Source of the DNA: Marinobacterium sp.
Lineage (GTDB): Bacteria > Pseudomonadota > Gammaproteobacteria > Pseudomonadales > Balneatricaceae
DNA: 32,000 nt
NCBI GenBank assembly: GCA_030602245.1
Contig: JAUWAC010000006.1
Location: forward strand, 105,245-137,244
Direction: 5' to 3'
The position numbers were made by a program, and so were the translations under genes. Below are positions 1 through 9,882 of this stretch, in pieces. The notes under the pieces were generated by a model. The model had not been told where the DNA came from. It made no database searches and saw nothing but the letters and a program-made list of their open reading frames with translations. Position 1 is the first letter of the stretch, and every line of letters starts with the position of its first letter.

Positions 1-1042
1 TGGCCAGTACGGCCAGCTCGGAGCCTGCTTCGGTCAGCTCGATACCGATCATCAGGCCCTTGCCGCGGATTTCGCGGATGTAGGGCTGGTCGCCAAGCTG
101 GATGCGGAACTGCTCGACAATGTACTGGCCGAGCTCGTCCGCGTGCTGACACAGGTTTTCAGCGCTGATGGTGTCGATCACCGCCAGCGCGGCGGCACAT
201 GCCAGCGGGTTGCCGCCATAGGTGGTGCCATGGGTGCCCGGCGTAAACAGCTTCGCCGCTTCGCCGCGGGCCAGGCAGGCGCCGATCGGGACGCCGTTGG
301 CCAGCCCTTTGGCGGTGGTCACGACATCCGGCAGGATATTGTTGTGCTGATATGCGAAGTAACGGCCGGTACGCCCGTTACCGGTCTGGACTTCGTCCAG
401 CATCAGCAGCCAGTCGTGCTCGTCGCAGATGGCGCGCAGCTGATTCAGATAGTCGGCGGCCGGGATGTGGACGCCACCTTCACCCTGTACCGGCTCGACC
501 AGAATGGCGACGATATTCGGGTTCTTGGCCGCCACCTGGCGGATCGCCTCGACATCGTCATACGGCACCCGCACGAAGCCGCTGACCAACGGCTCAAAAC
601 CGGCCTGGGCGGCACGGTTGCCCGTGGCGCTCAGCGTTGCCAGCGTACGTCCGTGGAAGGCGTTTTCCATGACGATGATGGTCGGGGTATCGATCCCTTT
701 CTGGTGGCCGTAGCGGCGCGCCAGTTTGATCGCGGCTTCGTTGGCTTCGGCGCCGGAGTTGGCGAAAAATGCGTTGTCCATGCCGGAAAGCGCGGTCAGC
801 TTCTCGGCCAGCTGGGTCTGCAGCGGAATGGTGTACAGGTTGGAGCAGTGGATCAGGCGGGACGCCTGGTCGCTGATTGCGCGCGTAACCGCCGGGTGGG
901 CATGGCCCAGGCCGGTGACCGCGATGCCGCTCAGAGCATCCAGATATCGGTTGCCGTCGGTGTCGTAAATCCACACGCCTTCGCCCCGCTCGAACGCGAC
1001 CGAAAGCCGGTTATAGGTGTTCATCAGTGGCTGTAACGACAT
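1..1042 (-). CDS. argD: Acetylornithine/succinylornithine aminotransferase (class-III PLP aminotransferase), N-terminal ~347 codons; 3' end lies beyond the window edge
   Basis: Absent from the ORF track because it has no stop in the window. Hand translation of the minus strand from the ATG (complement of 1040-1042) gives MSLQPLMNTYNRLSVAFERGEGVWIYD...LMLDEVQTGNGRTGRYFAYQH...TTAKGLANG. These are the DEVQTG.GRTG and PLP-lysine motifs of ArgD/AstC-type enzymes. SD aagggaga lies just upstream. The + ORF 143..1036 is its shadow. Confidence 0.85.
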   Translation of the reverse strand, partial: MSLQPLMNTYNRLSVAFERGEGVWIYDTDGNRYLDALSGIAVTGLGHAHPAVTRAISDQASRLIHCSNLYTIPLQTQLAEKLTALSGMDNAFFANSGAEANEAAIKLARRYGHQKGIDTPTIIVMENAFHGRTLATLSATGNRAAQAGFEPLVSGFVRVPYDDVEAIRQVAAKNPNIVAILVEPVQGEGGVHIPAADYLNQLRAICDEHDWLLMLDEVQTGNGRTGRYFAYQHNNILPDVVTTAKGLANGVPIGACLARGEAAKLFTPGTHGTTYGGNPLACAAALAVIDTISAENLCQHADELGQYIVEQFRIQLGDQPYIREIRGKGLMIGIELTEAGSELAVLA

Positions 1043-1326
1043 GGAGCGATTCTCCCTTACAACGCAAAAAGGCAGCCAGAGCTGCCGAAAAAACGGACAT
1101 TCTATGTGGGGGTTCGGTTTTTGGCAACAAGATGACGCCGGTACGCATCGAGCTGTCGCAACGGCGGGGTTGAAACGTCGGCGGGCGTCCCCACTATACA
1201 GTGACAGCAAGCGGCCGGCCGTGCAGGGAGTTCTCTTAACCTGAGTGTACTGCTAGGATATAGGCCATCGTCAGCGAGCGCTCGGGGTGTGGGTCCCGGG
1301 TGCTGAATCAACAGCAAGGTGTAACC

Positions 1327-1671
1327 ATGAGCGTAGTCGATACCATTAAGGAGCAGATCGAGAGCAACCCGATTCTGCTGTACATGAAAGGCACACCCCG
1401 TTTTCCGCAGTGCGGTTTTTCGTCGCGGGCTTCGGAGGCGCTGGTTGCCTGTGGTGAGCGCTTTGCGTTTGTCAACATTCTGGAAGCGCCGGAGATTCGT
1501 GCCGAGCTGCCCAAGTACGCCAACTGGCCGACGTTCCCGCAGCTGTGGGTCAACGGTGAGCTGATCGGCGGCTGCGACATCATTTGCGAAATGGCCGAGA
1601 GTGGCGAGCTCAAGGCGCTGGTGTCTGAAGCGGCCAGGCAGCAGGCACAGGATGACGCCGCCGACGCCTGA
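1327..1671 (+). CDS. grxD: Monothiol glutaredoxin, Grx4 family
   Basis: Translation MSVVDTIKEQIESNPILLYMKGTPRFPQCGFSSRA...WPTFPQLWVNGELIGGCDI carries the CGFS active site and the WPT.PQL..G..IGG motif. I chose the internal ATG at 1327 (MSVVD) over the track start at 1300. Confidence 0.9.
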   Translation: MSVVDTIKEQIESNPILLYMKGTPRFPQCGFSSRASEALVACGERFAFVNILEAPEIRAELPKYANWPTFPQLWVNGELIGGCDIICEMAESGELKALVSEAARQQAQDDAADA

Positions 1672-1712
1672 GATCGGGCGGCGGTGATGGGGCGCTGCTG
1701 TCGTATGGCGCC

Positions 1713-1749
1713 ATTGAGTCGCGCTATTGCAGCGATAGCGGAGCTCTAT
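1713..1749 (+). promoter_or_regulatory. Candidate OxyR binding site upstream of the peroxiredoxin gene
   Basis: Reads ATTG-N7-CTAT-N7-ATAG-N7-CTAT, versus the OxyR consensus ATAG-N7-CTAT-N7-ATAG-N7-CTAT (15 of 16 core positions). It sits 94 nt before the prx start codon. A possible -10 (TAATTT, 1774-1779) would put the site at about -73 to -37. Confidence 0.4.
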
Positions 1750-1842
1750 TAGTACACGCACTCTTATTAGGGTAATTTTTTGCAAGCGCTCGATGCGCAA
1801 TGCGCTGAAAACATCCAAACGAACCAAGGAGAGTAGAGAATC

Positions 1843-2445
1843 ATGGGCGTACTCGTAGGTAAGAAAGCACCGGACTTTACCGCTGCTGCTGTACTGGGCG
1901 ATGGCAGCATCGTCGATTCCTTCACGCTGAGCGAAGCGATCAAGGGCAAATACGGTCTGGTGTTCTTCTATCCGCTGGACTTCACTTTCGTATGTCCGTC
2001 TGAGCTGATCGCGCTGGATCACCGTATGGATGCGTTCACCGAGCGTGGCGTTGAGGTGATCGGTGTTTCCATCGATTCTCAGTTCACCCACAACGCGTGG
2101 CGTAACACGGCGGTCAAAGATGGTGGCATCGGTCCGGTCAAGTACACGCTGGTCGCCGACACCAAGCATGAGATCTGCCAGGCATACGACGTTGAAGCGG
2201 ATGCCGGTGTGGCATTCCGTGGTGCGTTCCTGATCGACAAGGAAGGCACCGTGCGTTCTCAGATCGTCAACGATCTGCCGCTGGGTCGTAACATGGACGA
2301 GCTGATCCGTCTGGTTGATGCGCTGCAGTTCCACGAAGAGCATGGTGAAGTCTGCCCGGCGGGCTGGAACAAGGGCGACAAGGGTATGGACGCATCTCCG
2401 GATGGCGTTGCCAAGTACCTGGCCGAAGAGTCTGACAAGCTGTAA
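1843..2445 (+). CDS. Typical 2-Cys peroxiredoxin (AhpC/Prx1/TsaA family), 200 aa
   Basis: MGVLVGKKAPDFTAAAVLGDGSIV...GLVFFYPLDFTFVCPSELIA (peroxidatic Cys in the FTFVCP(S/T)E motif) and a C-terminal HGEVCPAGW resolving-Cys motif. SD aaggagag upstream. Confidence 0.93.
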   Translation: MGVLVGKKAPDFTAAAVLGDGSIVDSFTLSEAIKGKYGLVFFYPLDFTFVCPSELIALDHRMDAFTERGVEVIGVSIDSQFTHNAWRNTAVKDGGIGPVKYTLVADTKHEICQAYDVEADAGVAFRGAFLIDKEGTVRSQIVNDLPLGRNMDELIRLVDALQFHEEHGEVCPAGWNKGDKGMDASPDGVAKYLAEESDKL

Positions 2446-2463
2446 GCGGTTTGTCCGAGACAC

Positions 2464-2490
2464 AAAAAACCCGCGCGCGCGGGTTTTTTT
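2464..2490. terminator. Bidirectional rho-independent terminator between convergent prx and rnt
   Basis: aaaaaacccgcgcgcgcgggttttttt is a GC stem flanked by an A-run and a T-run, so it has a U-tract on both strands. Confidence 0.8.
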
Positions 2491-2507
2491 GTACCTGTCG
2501 GCAGGGT

Positions 2508-3152
2508 TCAGTCGCGGGTGGCCAGGACCATTTCCCAGCCGCCAAGATCTTTCCAGCGGTTGACGATGGTGCAGAACAGCTCGGCGGTCTTCTGGGTGTC
2601 GTACAGGGCCGAGTGCGCCTGCTTGCCGTCGAAGTCGATGCCGGCAACCTCGCAGGCGCGCGCCAGAACGGTCTGGCCGAACGCCAGTCCTGCGAGCGTT
2701 GCGGTATCGAAGGTCGAAAACGGATGAAACGGGTTGCGTTTGATGTCGGCGCGTTCGGCGGCGTTAAGAATGAAGCTGTGATCGAACGCCGCGTTGTGGC
2801 CGACCAGTACGGCGCGTTTGCAGTCGTGCGCCTTGATCGATTTGCGGATCGGTTTGAAGATCGACTCGAGGGCTTCCTGTTCGCTGACGGCGCCGCGCTC
2901 CGGGTCGAACGGGTCGATGCCGGTAAACTCCAGAGCCGCCGCTTCCAGATTGGCACCCTCGAAGGGTGCGACCTGGTAGTCGAAGCTCTTGTCGATGATC
3001 AGGTAGCCGTTTTCGTCCATCGTCAGGGTGACGGCGGCGACTTCGAGCAGGGCGTCGGTGCGGGGGTTGAAACCGGCGGTTTCGACATCCACGACGACGG
3101 GAAGAAAGCCGCGGAAGCGGTCGGACATGGGGTGCTTGAGGTCGGAGGACAA
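2508..3152 (-). CDS. rnt: Ribonuclease T (DEDDh 3'-5' exoribonuclease)
   Basis: [33 protein letters not shown]...[10 protein letters not shown]...[14 protein letters not shown] matches the RNase T N-terminus (cf. E. coli [20 protein letters not shown]) and the exo motifs. The track start at 3152 is a TTG preceded by aaggatccggt. An ATG at 3128 is the alternative. Confidence 0.9.
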   Translation of the reverse strand: MSSDLKHPMSDRFRGFLPVVVDVETAGFNPRTDALLEVAAVTLTMDENGYLIIDKSFDYQVAPFEGANLEAAALEFTGIDPFDPERGAVSEQEALESIFKPIRKSIKAHDCKRAVLVGHNAAFDHSFILNAAERADIKRNPFHPFSTFDTATLAGLAFGQTVLARACEVAGIDFDGKQAHSALYDTQKTAELFCTIVNRWKDLGGWEMVLATRD

Positions 3153-3320
3153 ACCGGATCCTTAATTCCTTGGGGGTTGCGGGAGAGCGACTCAACGCGC
3201 ATTCTATCAGCCGGCGCCCACAGGGCCAATTGAGCCGGGCGGGCAATCCTAAAGCCCTGCACGGCGCGGCCGATAAGTTTCTGGTCAAGGGATGATGCCC
3301 CGCCTCGTCGAGTATAGAGT

Positions 3321-4211
3321 GTGAGATCCGTCTGCATGCGTGTCTGTCTGCTGTTCATGATGCTTTTACTGTCGCTGCAGCAGGCGTATGCCGTGACGTT
3401 TCGGGCCTCGGTCGATGAGTCGCGCTGGGAGATGGAGTCGTCCCGTTTCAGCTGCCGCCTCCGTCAGGAGGTGCCTTCCTATGGTGTTGCGACCTTCGAG
3501 CACCCGGCCGGCGAGTCGGTCCGCTTTGCCCTGACGCCGGTGCAGAAGCAGCAGATCACCGGCAGTGCGCGCCTGATCGCCGAGGCGCCTCCCTGGTTGC
3601 CGGGCGTGGACCCGCAACTGCTCGGTGTCGTGCGTGCCGATGACGATAACGGTGTTATCGAGGTGCCGCCGGAGCTGGCGCAGAACATGCTCGCTGCGCT
3701 CTATCAGGGCATGATTCCCACGTTTAATACGGATCAGTGGTATGGCACGCCGGAGCTGCTCAAGGTCGGCATTTCATCGGCCAATTTTCAGTCTGCCTAT
3801 ACCGACTATCTGAACTGCGTGGCCGGCCTGCTGCCGGTGAACTACCGCCAGGTCGCACGGACCGCGATCCTGTTTCCGTCGGCGCAGTCCAGTCTGTCGG
3901 ATGCCACCCGACGCCGGCTTGATCTGATCGCGCTCTACGTCAATGCCGATGACAGCGTGCGCACGCTCTATGTCGATGGTCATTCCGACAACCTCGGCCG
4001 GCGTCTGCTCAACCGTGATCTGTCAAAACAGCGTGCGGAAGCGGTGACCCGCTATCTGGTGCAGCAGGGGGTGCCGGAAGATCGGATCGTGACGCGTTAC
4101 CACGGGGAGCGTTACCCGGTCGTGCCCAATACCAGTGCCGAGAACCGAGCCCGCAACCGCCGCGTTACGGTCCGACTGGAGCGCGAAGAGGGGACCGAGC
4201 CCGGCGCCTGA
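3321..4211 (+). CDS. motY: Flagellar stator-associated protein MotY (N-terminal MotY domain plus C-terminal OmpA-like peptidoglycan-binding domain)
   Basis: Signal peptide (MRVCLLFMMLLLSLQQAYA). It is followed by W.M.SSRFSC.L.QE.P.YG.A.F, as I recall for Vibrio/Pseudomonas MotY. The C-terminus is OmpA-like: VDGHSDN.G...NRDLS.QRAEAV..YL...G....RI......GE..P...N.S...RA.NRRV. It sits next to argG, as in P. aeruginosa. Start is either GTG 3321 or ATG 3336. Confidence 0.75.
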   Translation: MRSVCMRVCLLFMMLLLSLQQAYAVTFRASVDESRWEMESSRFSCRLRQEVPSYGVATFEHPAGESVRFALTPVQKQQITGSARLIAEAPPWLPGVDPQLLGVVRADDDNGVIEVPPELAQNMLAALYQGMIPTFNTDQWYGTPELLKVGISSANFQSAYTDYLNCVAGLLPVNYRQVARTAILFPSAQSSLSDATRRRLDLIALYVNADDSVRTLYVDGHSDNLGRRLLNRDLSKQRAEAVTRYLVQQGVPEDRIVTRYHGERYPVVPNTSAENRARNRRVTVRLEREEGTEPGA

Positions 4212-4317
4212 CGGGGTGGTTCTGCGCGTGCAGCGCTTCTGCTATACTTCCGCGCTTTCCCGCTTTCTTGCTCCGGCCAACAGGGCGGCCGGAGTGCTGT
4301 GATCTGGAGTCGCAAAC

Positions 4318-5544
<1,227 letters not shown>

Positions 5545-5567
5545 GCCGTCCTCGTGCTCCACACCGG

Positions 5568-5600
5568 GACCCGCCGGCCTTTGGCTTGCGGGTCTTTTTG
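5568..5600 (+). terminator. Rho-independent terminator after argG
   Basis: gacccgc-(13 nt loop)-gcgggtc followed by ttttt. Confidence 0.65.
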
Positions 5601-5680
5601 TATCCGAATGCATGCCGTGCGTTTTGCTAATTGGCTGATTCCCATGCTACTTTTGCCAAAATTTAGCCGTCGCTGAGGTT

Positions 5681-7252
5681 ATGGACACGCTCTTCTCGGG
5701 AAAGTCGACGCTGATACTCGACAAACAGCTGGAGGACCTGCAGTCCCTGCGCTCTATCCTGGGAAGCCTGGGTTTCGGTGAGGTTCAGGTGGCCTCTTCG
5801 GTGAACATGGCCCTCAGCATGCTGCGCGAGCAGCCGGTCGATGTCTGTTTTCTGTGCTACGAGCTCGGCCGTAACGAGAAGAACGGCCTGCAGCTGCTGC
5901 TCGAGTTGCAGGCCGAATCCAGCCGTCTCTATACCAGTTGTTACGTGCTGGTGATCGAACCGGAAAAGTCGGAGCTGCTGCTCGGCTCGCCCGAAAACGC
6001 CCCCGACATCTATATCTCCAAACCCTATGACAAAATCCGGCTGGGTCAGCGGCTGGAGAAGCTCGTGCGTCTGAAACAGAGTGTGCGGCCGGTGGAGCGG
6101 CTGCTCGATCAGGGCGCCTGGCAGGAGGCGATCGACGAATGCGAACGGCATGAGAAGCTCTACCCGGGTCTGCGGGTCTATCTGCAACGGCTCAAGGGCG
6201 TCACGCTGCTGCGCCGCAACGAGCCGGAGCGGGCGCTTACCATCTTTGCTGAGCTGCTCGAGGGGCGCGATCAGCCCTGGATCCGGATCGGGTTGGCGAT
6301 CGCGGCCTGCCGTGCCGGCTGGTTCGACCGGGCGCGGGAGCAGCTCGATCAGGTGATCGCGCAGCAGCAGATCTGTGTCGAGGCCTTTACCTGGCGTGCG
6401 CGCCTGCACCGGCTCGAGGGCGCCTGGTCCGAGGCGCAGGGGTTGCTGCGCCGTGCCGTGGTGTTGCAGCCGACCGTGGCCGTGCTGCAGGGAGACCTTG
6501 GCAACCTGGCCGCGATGAATGGCGATACCGGGTTGGCGATCGATGCGTTTCGTGCGGCGATTCGCTACAGCCGCTATTCCGCCTTCCAACACCCCGATTA
6601 TTACTTCGGGCTGGTCCGGATGCTGATGCAGCGCATGAGCAAAAAGGACGGCGATGCGTCGCGAGAGGCGGTCGAAGAGTCGATCCGCATGCTGGAGCAG
6701 GCGCAGCGGGATTTTCTCGACGTGCCGGTGATTCACTTCCGTGCCCGTCTGATTGCCAGCGAAGTCTACCGCGCGGTCGGGGATCAGCCGTTGGGGGATC
6801 AGGCGGCCAATGAGGCGCTGCACCTGTTTCGCGAACTGACGCTGGATGAACAGGCGATGTGGCTTGATCAGCTGATCGAGGGGGTCGAGCAGACCGCCGC
6901 CGCCGAGCGTGCCCGGGCCGGGCGTCAGGAGCTGACCCGGCAGATGGCGCAGCTGCAGTGGGGGCGTGCCAATCTGCGTGGCATGATGCAGTACCGCAAC
7001 GGTGAGCTCAGCGAGGCCTATGAGTCGTTCGCCGGTGCCTGGCAGCAGCAGCCGGATAACGCCAGTATCGGCTTGAATCTGGTGCAGACGGCACTGGAGC
7101 TGGCGCGCCGTGGCCAGGCGCTGAGTCGTGACCGACTGGCGCTCTGTGATGAAACGCTGTACCGGATTCAGTATGCATCCCTGACCCCGAAACAGCAGCA
7201 GCGTTACATGGGGCTGGCGCAGCGGCTGGCCGAATACGTCAAATCACTCTGA
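5681..7252 (+). CDS. Receiver-like (degenerate REC) domain fused to a long TPR/helical-repeat region, 523 aa
   Basis: The N-terminal ~125 aa align by eye with CheY (LILDKQ..., ...NGLQLLLELQ..., YISKPY). The rest is helical and repeat-like with TPR-type spacing. SD gaggt precedes the ATG. Confidence 0.75.
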   Translation: MDTLFSGKSTLILDKQLEDLQSLRSILGSLGFGEVQVASSVNMALSMLREQPVDVCFLCYELGRNEKNGLQLLLELQAESSRLYTSCYVLVIEPEKSELLLGSPENAPDIYISKPYDKIRLGQRLEKLVRLKQSVRPVERLLDQGAWQEAIDECERHEKLYPGLRVYLQRLKGVTLLRRNEPERALTIFAELLEGRDQPWIRIGLAIAACRAGWFDRAREQLDQVIAQQQICVEAFTWRARLHRLEGAWSEAQGLLRRAVVLQPTVAVLQGDLGNLAAMNGDTGLAIDAFRAAIRYSRYSAFQHPDYYFGLVRMLMQRMSKKDGDASREAVEESIRMLEQAQRDFLDVPVIHFRARLIASEVYRAVGDQPLGDQAANEALHLFRELTLDEQAMWLDQLIEGVEQTAAAERARAGRQELTRQMAQLQWGRANLRGMMQYRNGELSEAYESFAGAWQQQPDNASIGLNLVQTALELARRGQALSRDRLALCDETLYRIQYASLTPKQQQRYMGLAQRLAEYVKSL

Positions 7253-7278
7253 CCGGTTCTGCTGCCGGCGTGCGCCGC

Positions 7279-7662
7279 TCAGAACAGACCCTCGTCCTCG
7301 TCGCTGAGGAACAGACTCTGATGCTCGTCCGCGTCTGAGCGCTCTGCGCTTTCACCGTTTTCCTCCCGTACCAGATTACGTGCCAGCCGGCGGCTCAGCA
7401 GTTTTTTCTGCGCCGCCATCGGCAGGTCGGTAAAACGGATCAGGTGGTGCCCGATCAGGGTGTCGATCAGGTCTTCGAGGATGCGGATGGTGGACTTGTC
7501 GGATTGATCGAGGAAGGCGTCCGGGTCGAAGGCTTCATCACTGTTCAGCGACAGAAACGCCATCACTTCCGGGTCGCGCAGGCTGACTTCACGGGCTCCG
7601 TCCCGCGGAGTTTCGGTCAGGCCGGTGACCCGTCCCTCGCCGTCGAAAAACGCATAGAGCAT
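7279..7662 (-). CDS. Hypothetical small acidic protein, 127 aa
   Basis: Internal ATG (MLYAFFDGEGRVTG...) is preceded by caggaaggattccgggta. The remainder of the 175-aa track ORF upstream lies in AT-rich intergenic DNA. There is no signal peptide and the C-terminal tail is very acidic (ERSDADEHQSLFLSDEDEGLF). I recognise no family. Confidence 0.55.
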   Translation of the reverse strand: MLYAFFDGEGRVTGLTETPRDGAREVSLRDPEVMAFLSLNSDEAFDPDAFLDQSDKSTIRILEDLIDTLIGHHLIRFTDLPMAAQKKLLSRRLARNLVREENGESAERSDADEHQSLFLSDEDEGLF

Positions 7663-7747
7663 TACCCGGAATCCTTCCTGGCCGTGGGGGTAGATAAAGT
7701 TTAAACAGCTGTTAGTATTAACCGTCCCAATAGTAAGGTCAACGAGT

Positions 7748-9868
7748 ATGGATGCATCGCACGACCCGCTGTTGGACTGTCTGGTGCTATTGGCCCAGCA
7801 GTACAAGCGGCCGACGTCTGCCGAGGTTCTGGCGGATGGATTACCGCTGGTCGATCATCGGCTGACGCCGCAGTTGTTCGTGCGTGCCGCTGCCCGCGCC
7901 GGGCTCGCCGCGAAGGTGGCGCCACGGCGCCTCGAGCAGCTGTCGTCGCTGCTGTTGCCCGTCGTACTGATTCTGCGCGATGAAGGTGCCTGTATCCTGC
8001 AGGAGATCGATCGTGATGCCGGTGAAGCGGTGGTGCAGCAGCCGGAAAGCGGCGGCAGTTACCGCATTGCCCTGACGGAGCTGGCGCAGCAGTACAGCGG
8101 CTATCTGATTTTCGTGCGGGCGGAATACAATCCGGACGGCAGTGCCAGTCGGGTGCTCGATGGTCGCTCCGGGCACTGGTTCTGGGGCACGCTGAAACGC
8201 TCCACACGGATCTACCGCGATGTGCTGCTGGCCAGCTTCCTGATCAACCTGTTCGTGCTCGCCAACCCCCTGTTTGTCATGAACGTCTATGACCGCGTGG
8301 TGCCCAATGGCGCGGTCGAAACCCTCTGGGTGCTCGCGATCGGTGTCCTGATCGTCTATCTGTTCGATTTCGGTCTCAAGATGCTGCGGGCCTACTTCCT
8401 CGAGGTGGCGGCCAAGAAGTCCGATGTGCTGCTGTCGGCCCAGTTGTTCGAAAAGGTGATGCGGTTGCGCTATGACCGTATGCCGACCTCCGTCGGGGCA
8501 TTCGCCAGCAACCTGCGCGAGTTCGACAGTATTCGCAACTTCCTCAGCTCCACCACCAACACGGTGCTGATCGACATACCGTTCATGTTGATCTTCATCG
8601 CCGTGATTGCATTGATCGGCGGGCCGCTGGTCGTCGTGCCGGCCGCCGCGGTGCCGGCTATCGTCATCTACGCCCTGATCATTCGTCCCCGTCTGCGGGC
8701 GGCGGTGGAGCGTACCTTTGCTTCGAGCGCACAGAAAAACGGTACCCTGGTCGAGTCGCTGACCGCGATGGAAACGGTCAAGACGCAACGCGCCGCGAGT
8801 CCGCTGCAGGAGCGCTGGGAACAGGCGGTCGGCTACATCTCGCGCTGGGGGTTGCGCTCGCGCATGTTGTCCTCGTCGGTGGTTACCTTTGCCGGCTTTG
8901 TCACGCAGCTGTCATCGGTCCTGATTGTGATCGGTGGTGTCTATCTGATCATGGAACAGGAGCTGTCGATGGGCGCCCTGATCGCCTGCGTGATTCTGTC
9001 GGGACGCGCGATTGCGCCGATGGCGCAGGTGGCGAGTCTGATCATCCAGTATGAGCAGTCGGCCAAGGCGCTGCGCACGCTGAACGAGATTATGGAGCTG
9101 CCGGTCGAGCGGGAGGAGGGGCAGCACTTTGTGCATCGTCCCAAACTCGAGGGGAACGTCGAATTTCGCAATGTCAGCTTCAAATATCCGGGCGTCGAGC
9201 ATGCGGCGCTGGAAAAGGTGTCGTTCCGGATCAAGGCCGGTGAGCGGGTGGCGATGATCGGCCGCATCGGCTCCGGCAAGTCGACAATCGAAAAGCTGCT
9301 GCTGGGGCTGTACCAGCCCACCGATGGGGCGATTCTGCTCGATGGCGTCGATATCAACCAGATCGATCCGGTGGATCTGCGCCGTAACACCGGCTATGTG
9401 CCGCAGGACGTGATGCTGTTCGCCGGCAGCGTGCGTGACAACATTCTGGTGGGGTCGCCGCGCGCATCCGATGCCGACATGCTGCGCGCGGCACGGCTGG
9501 CCGGTGTCGATCAGTTCGTCAATCTGCACCCGTCCGGCTTCGATATGCCGGTGGGTGAGCGCGGGCAGGCGCTGTCCGGCGGGCAGAAACAGTCGATTGC
9601 GATCGCGCGTGCACTGCTGCATCAGCCGCAGCTGCTGATCATGGACGAGCCGAGCAACTCGATGGATAACGCCTCGGAGGAGCAATTCAAACGTCAGCTC
9701 AAAAGTGTCATCGAAGGGCGCACGCTGCTGATGGTCACGCACAAGATGTCGCTGCTGACGCTGGTTGATCGCCTGATCGTCATCGATCAGGGGCAGGTGG
9801 TGGCCGACGGGCCCAAGGAGACCGTGCTTGAGGCGCTCAAGCAGGGCCGTCTGCAGGTCAGGCGCTAG
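7748..9868 (+). CDS. Type I secretion system ABC transporter (permease/ATPase) with N-terminal C39-like domain (LssB/LapB-like)
   Basis: 706 aa. The N-terminus DPLLDCLVLLAQQYKRPTSAEVLADGLPL is followed by TM segments. Walker A is GRIGSGKST, the signature is LSGGQKQ and Walker B is LLIMDEP. Confidence 0.9.
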   Translation: MDASHDPLLDCLVLLAQQYKRPTSAEVLADGLPLVDHRLTPQLFVRAAARAGLAAKVAPRRLEQLSSLLLPVVLILRDEGACILQEIDRDAGEAVVQQPESGGSYRIALTELAQQYSGYLIFVRAEYNPDGSASRVLDGRSGHWFWGTLKRSTRIYRDVLLASFLINLFVLANPLFVMNVYDRVVPNGAVETLWVLAIGVLIVYLFDFGLKMLRAYFLEVAAKKSDVLLSAQLFEKVMRLRYDRMPTSVGAFASNLREFDSIRNFLSSTTNTVLIDIPFMLIFIAVIALIGGPLVVVPAAAVPAIVIYALIIRPRLRAAVERTFASSAQKNGTLVESLTAMETVKTQRAASPLQERWEQAVGYISRWGLRSRMLSSSVVTFAGFVTQLSSVLIVIGGVYLIMEQELSMGALIACVILSGRAIAPMAQVASLIIQYEQSAKALRTLNEIMELPVEREEGQHFVHRPKLEGNVEFRNVSFKYPGVEHAALEKVSFRIKAGERVAMIGRIGSGKSTIEKLLLGLYQPTDGAILLDGVDINQIDPVDLRRNTGYVPQDVMLFAGSVRDNILVGSPRASDADMLRAARLAGVDQFVNLHPSGFDMPVGERGQALSGGQKQSIAIARALLHQPQLLIMDEPSNSMDNASEEQFKRQLKSVIEGRTLLMVTHKMSLLTLVDRLIVIDQGQVVADGPKETVLEALKQGRLQVRR

Positions 9869-9882
9869 GGAGCGGGGTCGAG

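Noticed and set aside
143-1036. 297-aa + strand ORF covering the left end of the window
   Set aside because: It is the antisense shadow of argD. The translation is Arg/Gly/Ala/Val-rich with no motifs, whereas the minus strand gives a clean class-III aminotransferase.
1017-1244. 75-aa + strand ORF in the argD-grxD intergenic region
   Set aside because: It starts inside argD, has no SD, and its composition is atypical for the coding regions here. It is probably non-coding.
1102-2463. 453-aa minus-strand ORF spanning grxD and the peroxiredoxin gene
   Set aside because: It overlaps two unmistakable + strand genes and crosses their intergenic regions. This is a typical high-GC shadow ORF with no recognisable domain.
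7748-8200. Active C39 peptidase domain, implying a double-glycine bacteriocin/peptide exporter
   Set aside because: A Cys is present (DPLLDCL), but I cannot find the conserved His/Asp partners. No small GG-leader peptide gene is nearby, so it is more consistent with an inactive C39-like domain.
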